Shown here: positions 13,552 through 27,875 of the stretch, one piece after another | How positions within the stretch are numbered: the first letter of the stretch is position 1 | Layout of the letters: each line of letters opens with the position of its first letter | DNA from: Leucoraja ocellata | Lineage: Eukaryota | Direction of reading: 5' to 3' | Length of the DNA: 64,000 nt | Assembly (NCBI GenBank): GCA_036785375.1 | Contig: JAWMAR010000447.1 | Span: forward strand, 558,001-622,000 | Made by a program: the position numbers and the translations under genes | The notes under the pieces: model-generated | Told to the model about the DNA's origin: nothing | The model's input: only the letters and a program-made list of their open reading frames with translations | Databases searched by the model: none

Positions 13552-14405
13552 TGTGTGGGCAGATGCAGTATAATGTGGATAAATGTGAGGTTATCCACTT
13601 TGGTGGCAAGAGCAAGAGGCAGATTATTATCTGAATGGTGTCAAATTAGGAAAAGGGGAAATGCAACAAGACCTGGGTGTCCTTGTACATTGGTCATTGA
13701 AAGTAAGCATGCAGGTACAGTGGGCAGTGAAGAAACCTAATGGCATGTTGGCCTTCATAACAAGATGATTTGAGGACAGGAGCAAAGAGGTCCTTCTGAA
13801 GTTTTACAGAGCCCTGGTGAGACCACACCACAATTATTGTGTGCAGTTTTTGTCTCCTAATTTGAGGAAGGCATTCTTTCTATTGAGGGAGTGCAGCGTA
13901 GGTTCACGAAGTTAATTCCCGGGATGGCGGGACTGTCATATGATGAAAGAATGGAATGGCTGGGCTTATATTCAATGGAATTTAGAAGGATGAGAGGATA
14001 TCTTATAGAAACATATAATATTATTAAGGATTTGGGCACTCTAGATGCAGGAAACATGTCCGCGATGTTGGAGTAGTCCAGAACCAGGAGCCACAGTTTA
14101 AGAATAAGGGGTAGGCCATTTAGAACGGAGATGGCCTACCCAGAGAGTTGTGAATTTGTGGAATTCTCTGCCTCAGAAGGCAGTGGAGGCCAATTCACTG
14201 GATGCATTCAAGAGAGAGTTAGATAGAGGTGCATTCAAGAGAGTTAGATAGAGCTCTTAGGGCTAGTGGAATCAAGGGATATGGGGAGAAGGCAGGAACG
14301 GGGTACTGATTGTGGATGATCAGCCATGATCATATTGAATGGCGGTGCTGGCTCGAAGGGCTGAATGTTCTACTCCTGCACGTATTTTCTATGTATCTAT
14401 GTATC
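13552..14405 (+). mobile_element. 5'-truncated CR1 LINE (RT C-terminal region plus 3' UTR), frameshifted
   Basis: QRRFTKLIPGMAGLSYDER...LGLYSMEFRRMRG; internal tandem duplication at ~14200-14255. Confidence 0.9.
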
Positions 14406-14814
14406 CTTAAACTGAATCCAACGATGCATAAACCCGGTCCTAATTTAATTTGAGCCAAATTTCGAACAACATCCTCGTCATGTTTCCAATGCTCTCGGCC
14501 ATCCGCATCTCACTCTTACTGCCTTGTCACCTTCTAATCTTGGCTTTGCCATCGCCTTACTAGCCTTCTGATTTCTCTACTACTTGTGGTGCAATTCTTC
14601 CATAATCCAGCAGCTTGCATTTTAGGTTCTCCTGTGAAGCTCTCTCAGAAATCTTGAACCTTCCTCCTTTTCTCTATCACACAAGCATTGACAATAGTTT
14701 AAAAACACGGAACTGCAGATGCCGATTTACAAAAAGACACAAAGGGCTGGAGTAACTCAGGCAACATCTCTGGAGAACATGGATAGGTGATGTATTGAGT
14801 CGTGACCCTTCTGA

Positions 14815-15190
14815 CTGAGGGGTTGGACAGGCTAGATGCAGGAAGATTGTTCCCGATGTTAGGGAAGTCCAGGACAAGGGGTCACAGCTTAAGGATAAAG
14901 GGGAAATCCTTTAAAACCGAGATGAGAAGAACTTTTTTCACACAGAGAGTGGTGAATCTCTGGAACTCTCTGCCACAGAGGGTAGATGAGGCCAGTTCAT
15001 TGGCTATATTTAAGAGGGAGTTAGATGTGGCCCTTGTGGCTAAGGGGATCAGGGGGTATGGAGAGAAGGCAGGTACAGGATACTGAGTTGGATGATCAGC
15101 CATGATCATATTGAATGGCGGTGCAGGCTCGAAGGGCCGAATGGCCTACTCCTGCACCTAATTTCTATGTTTCTATGTTTCTATGTCTAA
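14815..15190 (+). mobile_element. CR1 LINE 3' end inserted in a Penelope-derived fold-back repeat (~14705-15280)
   Basis: SRTRGHSLRIKG...QRVVNLWNSLP and a (ttctatgt)n tail; Penelope-type arms on both sides. Confidence 0.85.
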
Positions 15191-16133
15191 GAAGGGTGCC
15201 TATCCAAAACTTCATCTATCCATGTTCTCCAGAGATGCTGCCAGGCCCGCTGAGTTGTTCCAGCACTCTGTGTTTTTGCAATATCATGCTTCTTCAATGT
15301 AATCCATTGTGCCCAATAATACTGTATCTGCACAGAGACATATTTTGCGAGTGTAAACTAAAACAATGGAAGAAATGATGTATCAGCCACTGTGTCATAA
15401 CAAAGTTCTTGGAAAATCTCAACATATGAGAAAACATTGCACAAGAAAAATGTACCTGTTCTTCATGATTACCATGATTACGTTCTTATATAGCATTAGC
15501 TTCTTGTCGTGAATCTTCTATAATTTCATGCTCCACTGCTCTTCAATGGTTATTTTACTTTTAATACAAAAAATCCAATCATCTTTAGAACCCTACAACT
15601 TCTAAGTATCTTGATGTTTCAGGTAAAACCTTCAACAGAACATGAAAGACAAGCAATTGGCAAGGTCAAGAAAAGAGCAACAAAGACAAGTATGACAATT
15701 TTGTTTATAACTGCAACCATCATCTTCTTGAGTTAGAAAGAGGACATCCAGGATATGGTATCTAAGAAAACAACAAGTAGGTAGTATTATTATAATTGCA
15801 AAATAATTATCAGCATGAGATAGGAAAACAAAATATTGAGTTCCAGAGTCTGAATAATGTTCTATTGGCCCTGAATTTATGAAATATGCAATATTCTCAA
15901 TTACCAGGAGATCATTATCTATCGATAATATAGATAGTGCCTCTATAATTGGACATGTTAACATGCCCATTTGATTTTTATTTTAGTTTAGTTTAGTTTA
16001 TTGTCACGTGTACAGTGAGATTTCATGAATTGAATGGTGTATTCCTGTGCCACACTCAACTTTTTTCACAAATTAATACAAAAGCAGCTCATGAAAGGGC
16101 GATATGTTTGCGTTGTTCTTAGTTTTTGCAAAG

Positions 16134-16432
16134 TTTACTTTAGTTTAGGTTAGAGATGCAGCGCGAAATAGACCCTTCGGCCCACCAAGTCTGCATCGAC
16201 CAGCACATTAACAATATCCTATAGGGACAATTTAACTGATACCAAGCCAATTAACCTACAAACCTGTACATCATTGGAGTGTGGGAGGAAACCGACAATT
16301 TCGGAAAAACCCAAGCAGTTCATGGGGAGAACGTACAAACTCCATACAGACAGCGCCCGTAGTCAGGATCGAACCCAGTCTCCGACACTGCAAGCGCTGT
16401 AAGGCAGCAACTCTACCGCTGTGCCACCATGA
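16134..16432 (-). mobile_element. HE1-like V-SINE (tRNA-derived)
   Basis: tRNA-like head, V-domain (tttgtacgttctcccc...tttcctcccacactcca), CR1-shared 3' end gggccgaaggg and an (aaact)n tail. Confidence 0.8.
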
Positions 16433-17089
16433 CGTCCTAATGTTCTTGTAGCAACTTGTAGCAAAGTGTTGTGTTTATATTCGACATATGGCGATCAAAT
16501 TGCCAAATATGTAGAGGAGTCACAGGGCAATACGTAGGTGACCAAGGATTAAACTCAAAAGAACTCTTTCATTCTTAGCCAGATATTCATTGTTCAATCG
16601 TGATAATTAACTAAAAACTTGTGTTCTTCCAGATGACAGTTACAATCAGAAAGGATGGCTTCATGTTTAAACAAGCAACAGATGCTACAAGAACATAGTT
16701 TGACCCTGACACACCCACAGATTTGATCTGTCTTACTGCAAACAATAATGGAGCCATTTTACTATAACATGCAGATGAAAGGGCAACTCTATTGGGGGCA
16801 ACAATTATTTTACATATTGCCTCATATTACAGACCACTGAAGCGAATGGGGAGTACAACAGCTGTAAACATAATGTACAAACAACAATGTATGATTTCTC
16901 ACAATTTAAATTTAAATTACCCTCAAAATTGCTCAAACAGTAATGATCCAGGGATCATTATTTAAGTACGTGTTGCATTCTCCATTACTTTTTCAATGAA
17001 AGAGGCATTCAGCAAGATGCCAGTGAAAAAGATCATGTAAAAAGAATGACCCCTTCATCTGTTCCAAATATGATGGAAGCCTTCTCACA

Positions 17090-17665
17090 TTACACAGTAA
17101 ATGGTGGGCCTCTGGGTAGTGTTGTAGAGCAGAGGGATCTAGGAGTGCAGGTGCATGATTCCTTGAAGGTCGAGTGGCAGGTAGATAAAGTGGTCAAAAA
17201 AGATTTTCGAGGATGTTGCCAGAACTAGAGGGTGTGACCTATTGGGAGAGGTAGAGTAGGCTGGGTCTCTATTCCATGGCACACAGGAGGATGAGGGGTG
17301 ATCTTACAGAGGTGTACAAAATCATGAGAGGAATAGATCGGGTAGATGCACAGAGTCTCTAGCCCAGAGTAGTGGAACCGAGGACCAGAGGACATAGGTT
17401 CAAAGTGAAGGGGAAAAAATTTAATAGGAATCTGAGGGGTAACATTTTCCCACAAAGGGTGGTGGATGCATGGAACAAGTTGCCAGATGAGGTAGTTGAG
17501 GCCGGGACTATCCCAACATTTAAGAAACAGTTAGACAGGTACATGGATAGGACAGGCTTGGAGAGACCAAGCGCAGGCAGGTGCGACTACTGTAGTTGGG
17601 ACATGTTGGCCAGTGTGGGCAAGTTGGGCCGAAGGGCCTGTTTCCACACAGTATCATTCTATGTC
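17090..17665 (+). mobile_element. CR1 LINE 3' fragment with an internal deletion
   Basis: EQRDLGVQVHDSLK; RTRGHRFKVKG...QRVVDAWNKLP. Confidence 0.85.
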
Positions 17666-20207
17666 TCTATTATCAATATCAATACATGGAGTCCTTACAC
17701 AGAAAAAATACAGATTTATTTAATATCAAGCACATAAAAATTAGGAACAAAGAGGATCGTTTGAAGCATTTGACACTCATCCCTATTCTTTCAACCTTTT
17801 TTTTGCCTGACATGAATATTATCCAATTGATTTATTCAATAGAGGGAACATTTCATAAACTGACCCTAAATGGAGACCAAATAAAAACCTAAAACTTAAT
17901 TCAGACTGGACATTATTCATCTTTGGTTGCATTCCATGGCATTACGTTTTCCAGGGTTCAAGCAGCTCAGGAAACATCGTGTTCCACAGAGTATTTGATC
18001 ATTTCTAACTACATATCCTGAAAACTTCTACTTCTGTCCCAAGCCAGATATTTATCCAGCTGTTTTTCAGAGGAGTTAATCAACGCAACATTAATCACTT
18101 TTGTTGATAGTTTGTTCCACATATCCACAAGTTCACGATAAACAATATTTCTTCTAATCTTCAGCATATTTCCCACAATTTAGAGTACCGACTCCTAGAA
18201 TTATGGATGTTGTTTTCTCAACCTTCCCAAATGCATACTTTCCCTTTTAAAGACAACGTGCTGAAAACTACACACAATGACCCAAAGATGAACAATTAGT
18301 GCCAGAAAAAAACTACAATAACTTGATGAAAATAATAAAATTAACTTTTAGCCTGTGATATCCATTGCCCGATGACGCTTTATTTTCTTACCAGCATTGC
18401 ACAGTTATAACATAGAAGCCTTTTCTTACTTCTATGTAGTAACCACTCCAGGAGAAAAAAGGGGTGAGGCTGAAATGAAATATGCTGTTTAATTGGGGTT
18501 TATAGAGAGACAATGTGTTCTTTATTGTTGGTCTATAGGTATGATATATTTTTAAAAATACATGTCCAACAGGAAATATTCATGATAATGATGCCAATGA
18601 CATGAGACCCAATTTATATGTAATAATAGATCATAGAACATAGAATAATACAGCACAGGAGTAGACCCTTCGGCCGACAATGTCCATGCCGAACCTGATG
18701 TCAAATTAAACTCATCTCCTCTGCCTGCACGTGACCCATATTTGGAGTGGATTTTAAATTTTACCAGACTGTTTATTTTTCATGGGTAAAGTATCAGATC
18801 GAGAAAATTTGCATCAATACACAATCCGATAGATCCGCCAATGGCAGAGCAGACCTGGTGGGCTGAATAGCCGAATTCTGCTTCCATAACTCATGATATA
18901 CATAGTTGTATCCTGCAGTGAAATTTCGGGCTTACGATATATGCCACTGATTCATGTGAATCAGGGCCACTTTTTTGTTTCAGAAAGGAATGCTTTTGGT
19001 GAATATACGATACGATACAATATGATACGATATGATAAAACATTCATCCCCGGAGGAAAATTGGGAAATATCTCAGCAACAGTCACTTTTGCTATTTCAT
19101 TTTGACAATAATGGATTCATTTAAACTTCTAATATTATTATTATTGCACTGCCAACGGAAAGTTATGTTGCAGTAGATTTTTGTTAAGAATTATGTTAAT
19201 ATCAGAACAGTGAGAACTGCCGGACATTACGTATATACAATTAACACCAAACCAAGCTGAAACATTTTACTGCTAACATTCCATATATCTGGCCAGCATT
19301 TGACAATAACGTTCTCACTAGCCTGCACTAAGAGGCACACACCAGCTGGTGTCTGTACATTTATACACTTTTCAACTCATTCAGGATTCGTTGTCAGACT
19401 TGTTCTAACACAGCATCCAGCAATAATCGATCCTATCTTTCCAAGGTATATTTTTTAGGCATCTGTACAAAGATTCAAGGTCTTGCATTTCCAATGGAAC
19501 AATAACCATGCCTGGTGTTGATGTGTGAGACTACTGTAGTCAATGGCAAGATTAAAGCATCTCAATAAGGCAGTGAACCTCACATGGATATAACAACATT
19601 ACATCTCATTTACAGTATGAATCAGGCTACTTGACCCAATTGGTCCTTTACAGTGTTGATGCTGGTTGGAGGGCCCTTCCACCTTTCTTCTTGCTGTAGG
19701 TAACATCTCTCCATGGCTACCCTTTTAAACCCTTTCATGATCTTCAAAAATGATGGTCAGCTCACCCCTCAGTCTTGGAGAATAAAATCCTTGTCTGCTC
19801 AACCTTTCCTGGTGCAGATAACATTTCCATTTCACAACCATTCTTGTTACATATGAAATCTGGACTGGTCTGACACAACTTCATTACGATGTTCACTAGA
19901 AATTCTGAAGGGTCTCGACCCGAAATGTTGCCTATTTCCTTCGCTCCATAGATGCTGCCTCACCCACTGAGTTTCTCCAGTATTTTTGTCTACCTTAGAA
20001 ATTCAACTTGATGCCTAGTTTGCATTACTTATCCAAGCCAAATAATCCTTGTATCGGTTTCCCTTTACACGTCCGCACCTTTGTTCTTTGAGACACTCAT
20101 TCTCTAGGCTTATGGCACCCTTCTTATCACAATACGCCACTGGCATATTTGTACTGAGGTTCGTTAGGTGGCAATTCCTCATTTTTATTGACTCCTTATT
20201 TCATGTA

Positions 20208-20487
20208 GGTGCAGCTGGTAGAGCTGTTGCCTCACAGCGCCAGCGACTTGGGTTCGATCCTGACCTCAGATGCTGTCTGTGTGGAGTTAGCACTTTCTCC
20301 CTGTGACCGCGTGGGTTTCATCCCACACCCCAAAGATTCATGGGTTTGGAGGTTAATCAGCATCTGTAAACTGTCCCTTGTGAATGAGAAAGTGGGATTA
20401 CATAGAACTAGTATGAACAGGTAATCGATGGTTGGCATGTACTCGGAACGCCGAAGGGCCTGTTTCTTTGTTGTGTCTCTAAACTAT
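20208..20487 (+). mobile_element. HE1-like V-SINE
   Basis: gggttcgatcc B-box, V-domain and ccgaagggcctgttt tail. Confidence 0.75.
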
Positions 20488-20649
20488 ACTTTCAATTCCT
20501 GTTTGCAAAACAGCCATACACATTAATGGTGACCAGCAGTAGTGAATCCAGAAATAATGCTTTTGGAATATCACAACCCACCTTGTCTGGTTAACCAGTT
20601 TTAATCTGGGTTTATTGTTACTCTTTTTTGCACCAAATGTTTCAACTAT

Positions 20650-20970
20650 TGCCCAGAGTAGAGGAATCGAGAACCAGGTGACATAGGTTTCAGGTGAGGG
20701 TGGGGGGGGGGGGGGGGGGGGGGGGCATTTAATGGGAACCTGAGGGGTAACATTTTCACACAAAGGGTGGTGGGTGTATTGAACGAGCTGCCGGAGAAGG
20801 TAATTGAGGCAGGAACTATGGCAACGTTTAAGAAACATTTATACAGGTACATGGATAGGACATGATTAGATGGATATGGGCCAAACGCAGGCAGGTGGGA
20901 ATAGTGGAGATGGGACATATTGGTCGGTGTGGGCGCGTTGGGCCGAAGGACCTGTTTCCATGCTGTATCA
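20650..20970 (+). mobile_element. CR1 LINE 3' end with an expanded poly-G run
   Basis: ttcacacaaagggtggtggg...gggccgaaggacctgtttcc. Confidence 0.8.
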
Positions 20971-23072
20971 CTCAATTCTTCTACTTGCACGCGGGTCCAC
21001 TTGCTCTTTGCACCAACCTCAATTTATGGATAATTAAACTCACAAAACACGGAAGACCAAAGTAATCTGCTAGCGCCTATCTGCTTATGAAGGTTTCTAT
21101 TATTTTGATCACACCGTAACTCGCGATGTATTGTGGTAGCATTATAACACCGTATAATGTATTGTGGTAACATTACAACCGTATAAGCAGCGTATAAAAA
21201 GCAGTCGGGAGAGGCGCATTTCAACTTTGACGGGGGGATGTAGCGTCTCGCTGTAACTTTATACCACAGGTAACCTCTTGTAGGAAAGAGATCGTGGATG
21301 AACTCCACAGGAAGAAAAATAAACTCTTAGCCGTGTTTCCTGCAATCCCCCCTCTTTCTGCTGACATTGTATTCCCAGCGGAGATCTTTAATTGGTTATG
21401 TGCTTTCTTGCCCTTGTTTTCCGTTGGAAGCGTTCACTTCCTATGATCTTGGTTTATTTAGGATGCCATTGTCAACATTTCGGCTGTCTATCTGTCCGCA
21501 GCTAGAAACCCAAAACAAAAAAATAGATACCCGTCCCAATATAAATCACAGATATGTGGAAATGAGTCCCTAGAACATTAACCAGGATGTTGGTTAGAAT
21601 TAATACTAACTTACATGCACAGCTTACTCATTATATGTATACAATAATTAAATGTAAGACCAAAGTACTAGCATCGGATTCGTCCCACCACAACTGTCAT
21701 TACAGGGGGAAGCAATGTTCTTGTAGAAGTCGATAACCCAGAGATCCTGGGTGGAAATTTGGCAACAACGGGCTCAATAAAGAGCAGGGTTTATCCATTA
21801 TTTTTCCAAATGAACCCAAATGATTGAGGCGGTGTTGAACGGGGATGGGGACGGGGACTGGGAGGTGCAGACAGATGCATTTTGCACAGAACACAAAGTG
21901 CTGAAGTTAGTTAGCGGGCTAGGCAGCAACTCTGGACCTGCAATACCGAAGAAGAGTCCGGACCCGATATGTCGCTTATTCGTGTGCTCCAGAGATGCTG
22001 CCTGACCCGCAAAGTTACTCCAGCACTTTGTGCTCTGCGCATGTTTCTGCCATAGAGTCAGTCACGTAACTTGTAAACGGGCCGTCCAGCCCAACTTGCC
22101 CACACCAACCAACATGTCCCATCTACGCTCGGCCCACCTGCCTCAATTTCGCCAATATCCCTCCAAACCTGTCCTGTCCATGTGCCTGTCTAAATGTTTC
22201 TTAAAAGTTGTGATCATCCCCCTCCTTCAGCTCGTACTATTTTATTGAGCTTTTTTCTGGGATAGCTTCTTCTGTAAAGACATAATATACTTCCCCTATT
22301 TCATATTCCAGTGTGTTTTGATATCGAATTAACAGCATGGACCGCGTCTCATCCACCAGGGACAAAGGAAGCTGCAGTCAAGAATCAGACGTTGAACACA
22401 GGGAGGTGATCCGATTAAATAATGACCAAGGGTTTTTTTGGCCCAGACTCCATATTCCCATTACCTGCTTGGCACCTCAATCTCCATGGAAAACAAGGCA
22501 CATGTCTGGCCTTGCCCAATCTCCGTCTTACTCCGAGTCCATGCATTGAGCATGGAAGGAGCGCAGTACCGGAGTGACTCTAAAGATGTATCCGCTGCAC
22601 TCAGCCACTTGGCAGCGGCCACCTCGTTATCTCCCAGAGTACAGTCTAGTACCAGCGAGGATAACGATACGATAGAACTTTATTTAAACTAGGGGATAAA
22701 TGGGTCTGCCAACAGTTATAAAACACAAAAGATACAAGAAACTTGAAATGGAAATGACGAATGGAAAGTCCAGCATTGGGGATGTGCAAAGATTGGGGAT
22801 GGGGGAAGGGGAGTCAGTCTACCCTATGACAGAAGGGGGAGGAGTAGTACAGTTTGATAGCTACAGTGAGAAAGGATCTCGTGTGGCGTTCTGTCCCTGC
22901 ATCTTGGTGGGGCCAATCTGTTGCTGATATTGGAGGCAACATGTTTTTTTTTCCCCACTGATCACCATTACATCGAAAACTCTTTACGAGTACTAAGTTT
23001 CAGAAATCCTTAATATTGACACTATCCCGGTGAAATTAGTGGCCCTCGGTACATTGCACTGCTTCAAGCAGG

Positions 23073-23353
23073 TTTAGTTTAGTTTAGAGATACAGCGTGG
23101 AAACAGGCCCCTCCGCCCACCCCGACCAGCGATACACCCGGTACACTAATTCTATCCCACACATTAGGGACAATCGAACTACAAACCTGCACGTTTTTGG
23201 AGTGTGGGAGGAAACCGGGGCACCCGGAGTAACCCCACGCGGGTCACGGAGAGATGGTACAAACTCCGTCCAGACAGCACCCGAGGTCACGATCGAACCC
23301 GGGTGTCTGACGCTGTAAGGCAGCAACTCTACCGCTGCGCCACCGTGCCGCCC
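23073..23353 (-). mobile_element. HE1-like V-SINE
   Basis: Reverse complement gggcggcacggtggcgcagcggtagagttgctgcc...cccgggttcgatc, V-domain and (aaact)n tail. Confidence 0.85.
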
Positions 23354-24297
23354 GCCCCATGTAGAAAGAGTGACCAGGAGTTGCAGAGCTCTCTTATTTT
23401 CCCAGTTTCCATGGGCTGAAGAAGGATCCGGAGCCGAAACGACGTGTGCCCATTTCGCCCTGCAAATACTGCCCGACTCGCTGAGTTGCTCCAGCACTTT
23501 GTGCTTTTGCTCCAGGTTCCACCGCCTGCAGTTTCTCGTGCCTCTTTTAAACGGCAATGTGAGGCGTTACTGCCGGATTTGAAAAAAAGGTTCATGTTCC
23601 GATGATTTGTCAGGTCGGTCGCTTAGCATCACATCGTAAATACTCAATGTAGGACCAGTCAGACTGACAGACACAAATGCATCGAGCACATCTCTTTACT
23701 TGCCCATTCACCGTGGCTGAAACTGCGCTGGTCTCTTCTGCGTGGCCGTTACATTATCTGTAAAGAAACAAGACTCCGAATCAGTGACCTTAATCCATCT
23801 GACTACAATATGTTTCAAGCAGGAATCTCGTCATCCCACAATTCCGCTTGATTTCGACATATGAATTGTGCTTCATTGTAGAAATTTGAGCTGAATTTAG
23901 AACGGGAAAGATTCGAGTTTTTTTCAAATCTTTTTACGCTGGAGTGGCAATAAACAATCACCATTCTTGCACCTTACAATATATATATATATTTCTCCTA
24001 GTCCAAGAAACACATAATTCAAAATAAAAAAGACAGAGTACTGGAGAGGGGTCTCGAACCGAAACATCTCCTATTTCTTTCGCTCCATAGATGCTGCCTC
24101 ACCCGCTGAGTTTCTCCAGCATTTTTGTCTACCTTCGATTTTCCAGCATCTGCAGTTCCTTATTAAATATTTCGAATACTGGAGTAACTCAGCGGGACAG
24201 GCAGCATCTCTGGAGAAGAGGAACAGGTGGCGTTTCGGGTCGAGACACTTCTTCAGAGAGTCAGGGGAGAGGGGAATTAGAGCTATAGACTGTGATA

Positions 24298-24719
24298 TAG
24301 GGTGATTTCATCAAAGTTAAAATGAGTGTAGATCCCCCCTCACGTGACCGAAAAATTTAACTGGAGGACATATGTCACTTCGGTACATGTTAGTGAATGG
24401 GGAAACACGCACTTTCACACCTGTTAAAAACATGGAAAACGGCCGATTTTTGAGCTGAAATTTTCTGTGCTAGTCGGGGTGACCGTGAAGCACAGCGACC
24501 TAAATTTTCAGGCAAAAAAAAGATAGAAAGTAAGGTAATTACAAGAGGGAACTGAAGGTGGAAAACAGCGGAAGTGAACAGCAGACATTTGACGTGGAGA
24601 TTTAAAGGTCCAAAATATCGGGAATTTTCGCATTTGCTTGCTGAATTTCATCAAAAGTAAGTTAATAATGCCTTACTTTTGATGAAATTCAGCGAGCAAA
24701 CGCGATAATTCCCGATATT
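24298..24719. mobile_element. Truncated DNA-transposon-like (MITE) fragment ending in a ~48-bp-arm inverted repeat
   Basis: CpG-rich block that starts abruptly inside a Penelope fragment; hairpin at 24614-24719. Confidence 0.5.
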
Positions 24720-24869
24720 AATTCCCAGGCTGAATTGACTTGTATTTTATTGGTATTTGTGTTGATATCGGATGCGATAAACCACCTCTATTCTCAAAGC
24801 GCACATTGTGTAATCACATATACAAGTGGAGCATTTGCCAATGCTACTTTGTGTGTGGATGCCCGCACT

Positions 24870-25770
24870 TAGAGTCATAGAGTGATACAGTGTGGAAACA
24901 GGCCCTTCGGCCAAACTCGCCCACACCGGCCGACAATGTCCCAGCTTCACTAGACCCACTTGCCTGCGCTTGGTCCATATCACTCCAAACCTGTCCTATT
25001 CATGTACCTGTCTAACTGTTTCTTACACGATGGGATAGTGCCAGCCTCAACTACCTCATCTGGCAGCTTATTCCATACACCCACCACCCTTTGTGTGAAA
25101 AAGTTACCCCTCGGGATTCCTATTAAATCTTTTCCCCTTCACCTTGAACCTATGTCCTCTGGTCCACGATTCCTCTACTCTGGGCAAAAGACTCTGTGCA
25201 TCTACCCGATCTATTCCTCTCATGATTTTGAATACCTCTATAAGATCACCGCTCATCCTCCTGCACTCCACAGAATAGAGTCCCAGCCTACTCAACCTCT
25301 CCCTACAGCTCTCACCCTCTAGTCCTGGCAACATAAATCTTTTCTGAACCCTTTCAAGTTTGACAATATCTTTCCGATAACATGATGCGCAGAACTGATC
25401 ACAATATTCTAAATGCGGTCTCACCGACGTCTTATACAATTGCAACGTGACCTCCCAACTCAATACTCTGACTGATGAAGGCCAAAGTGCCAAAAGTCTT
25501 TTTGACCACCTATCGACATGCAACTCGACCTTCAAGGAACCATGCACCTGTACTCGGTCCCTCTGCTCTACACCACTACCCGGACGCCCACCATTTACTC
25601 TGTAGGTCCTGCCCTTGTTCGACGTCCCAAAATGCAACACCTCACACTTCTCTGTATTAAATTCCGTCAACCATTCCTCCGCCCACCTGGCCAATCAATC
25701 CAGATCCTGCTACGATCTTTCACAACCATCTTCACTATATGCAAAACCACTAACTTTTGTATCAACTCTT
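24870..25770 (-). mobile_element. 5'-truncated CR1 LINE
   Basis: ORF WAEEWLTEFNTEKCEVLHFG...[13 protein letters not shown]...LERVQKRF...TRGHRFK. Confidence 0.92.
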
Positions 25771-26744
25771 CAATATAAACAATCGCTAATATTAATAAAA
25801 TGAAACGATATGCAAAATTTTATTCTGATGGCGGAAAATATTCAGCTGTAATATTCACCTTAGAAATGTTTAGCTATGGAATAAAATATTCTTCCTTTAT
25901 TTTAAAGGCTCTTGGATGGCATATGGACATGCAGAGAATGGAGGGATATGGATCACGCAGGTGGAAGGGGTTAGTTTAACTTGGCATCATGTTCGGCACA
26001 GACACAGTGGGCCGATGGGCCTGTTCCTGTGCTGCACTGTTCTAAAGATAGACACAAAATGCTGGAGTAACTCGGTGGGGTAGGCAGTGTCTCTGGAGAG
26101 AACGAATTGGTGACGTTTTGGGTCGAGACCCTTCTGTATTCTATGTTCTATTTGCTTTTCAGCTTAACTATTTTGTTCCACAAACTACCCCTTTTTTTTC
26201 TCCCTGTTGCCAGAGGAGAGAGAGAGCCTGTGATTGGAAAGCCTGCAAACAGTTGACTTGATAACATCTGCTCTAGTTGCATTTCACTGGCAGTTAAAAT
26301 TTACGACCTATCTGCACATGGGTCATTCCTTTTCAAATAACTGGACTTGATAAATTATTTAGACTTGGGATCAGAGAGCAGATCTGTTGATTGCGTTGTG
26401 ATACACTCACAGACCATAAATTGTTCCATTTGACCGCCAACAGTTCCAAGATAGTGTGTCCAAATGCAAATGAACATTTAAGTGACACATGGTGCAAAAT
26501 ATATATGCTTTTCTTTTATGAAACCAGTTGAGTAGGGTAAATTAGTTTTGCACTTTTTCATGTCTACATTAAAAATAAAATGTTAAAATTCTGACCTGGA
26601 CTCTTACGAATGATTAGAATTAGAAGTTATTTGATCCAACATTTTCATCTTTCAACTAAGGAAAGGATGTTTAGTTTCATAGAGCACATCAACCCAGAGA
26701 GCTGGGGAAAGTTATTTCACATGTGAAGGTTGTGTTTGTTCAAA

Positions 26745-27110
26745 AGGTCATAAGTGATAGGAGCAGAATTAGGCCATTCGGCCCATCAAGTCTACTCTGC
26801 CATTCATTCATGGCTGATTTATCTTTCCCTCTGAACCCCATTCTCCTGCCTTCTCCCCATAACCCCTGACACTCGTACTAATCAAGAATCTATCTATCTC
26901 TGCCTCAAAAATATCCATTGACTTGGCCTCCACAGCCTTCCGTGGCAATGAATTCCACAGATTCACCACCCTCTGACTAAAGAAATTCCTCCTCATCCCC
27001 TTCCTAAAGGACTCTCCTTTAATTCTGTGGCTAGGACCTCTGGTCCTAGACTCTCCCTCTAGTGGAAACATCCTCTCCACATCCACTCTATCCAAGCCTT
27101 TCACTATTCA
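26745..27110 (-). mobile_element. CR1 LINE 3' end
   Basis: KGLDRVDVERMFPL...FFSQRVVNLWNSLP. Confidence 0.85.
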
Positions 27111-27659
27111 GTAGATTTCATCCTTTGTGTTTTACATTAGTGAAGGAAGGTAGGAGAGCGGTAGACTGTGATGTAGAATCGGTTTCAGCTGGAATCATGA
27201 ACAGTAGGGAAGTTTGAAGCAATCTTATCGACACAAAGATGTGAATTATCAATAGGTCAAAGCATGACTGGCAAAATATCAAGGGAAATATCCTATCTCA
27301 TTTCTTTCCCCTTGATTCTCAGTCTGAAGAAGGGTCTCAACCCCAAACATCACCTATCCCTTTTCTCCAGAGATGCTGCCCGATGCACTGAGTTACTCCA
27401 GCTTTTCGTGTCAATCAAAGGCCTGTTTGAATGGACCATGTAACAAGGAAGCATTAATAAGGGTTCTTGTGGTTAAAGATTCCCTGGAGGGTGGGGTGGC
27501 GTGGGGGTGAGGGTAGTGACCACAATATGATTGGATTTCAATTGCAATTGGTGGATCAACATCATTGGTCCCAATCCTGTTGATTTAAAGAAGGGTAATT
27601 ATAATTACAAGAGGGAAGAGTTGTCTGTGATGGACTGGGCAAAGAAGCTCAGACGAAAT

Positions 27660-27875
27660 GTGTAGGAAGGAGCTACAGATGCTGGTTTAAACTGAAGATA
27701 GACACATAATGCTGGAGTAACTCAGCGGGAGAGGCAGCAAGATTCAAAAAGAAGGGTCTCGACTTGAAACGTCACACATTCCTTCTCTCCGGATATGCTG
27801 CCTGTTCTGCTGAATTAATCCAGCTTTTTGTGTATATCTTCGGTTTAAACCAGCATATGCAGTTCCTTCCTACAC
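27660..27875. mobile_element. Penelope-derived fold-back (inverted) repeat
   Basis: Arms gtgtaggaagga...gcagca and tgctgcc...ttccttcctacac are reverse complements. Confidence 0.7.

Noticed and set aside
23290-23353. tRNA genes at the SINE heads
   Set aside because: Each is followed by the V-domain and a LINE-derived tail, so these are SINE promoters, not tRNA genes.
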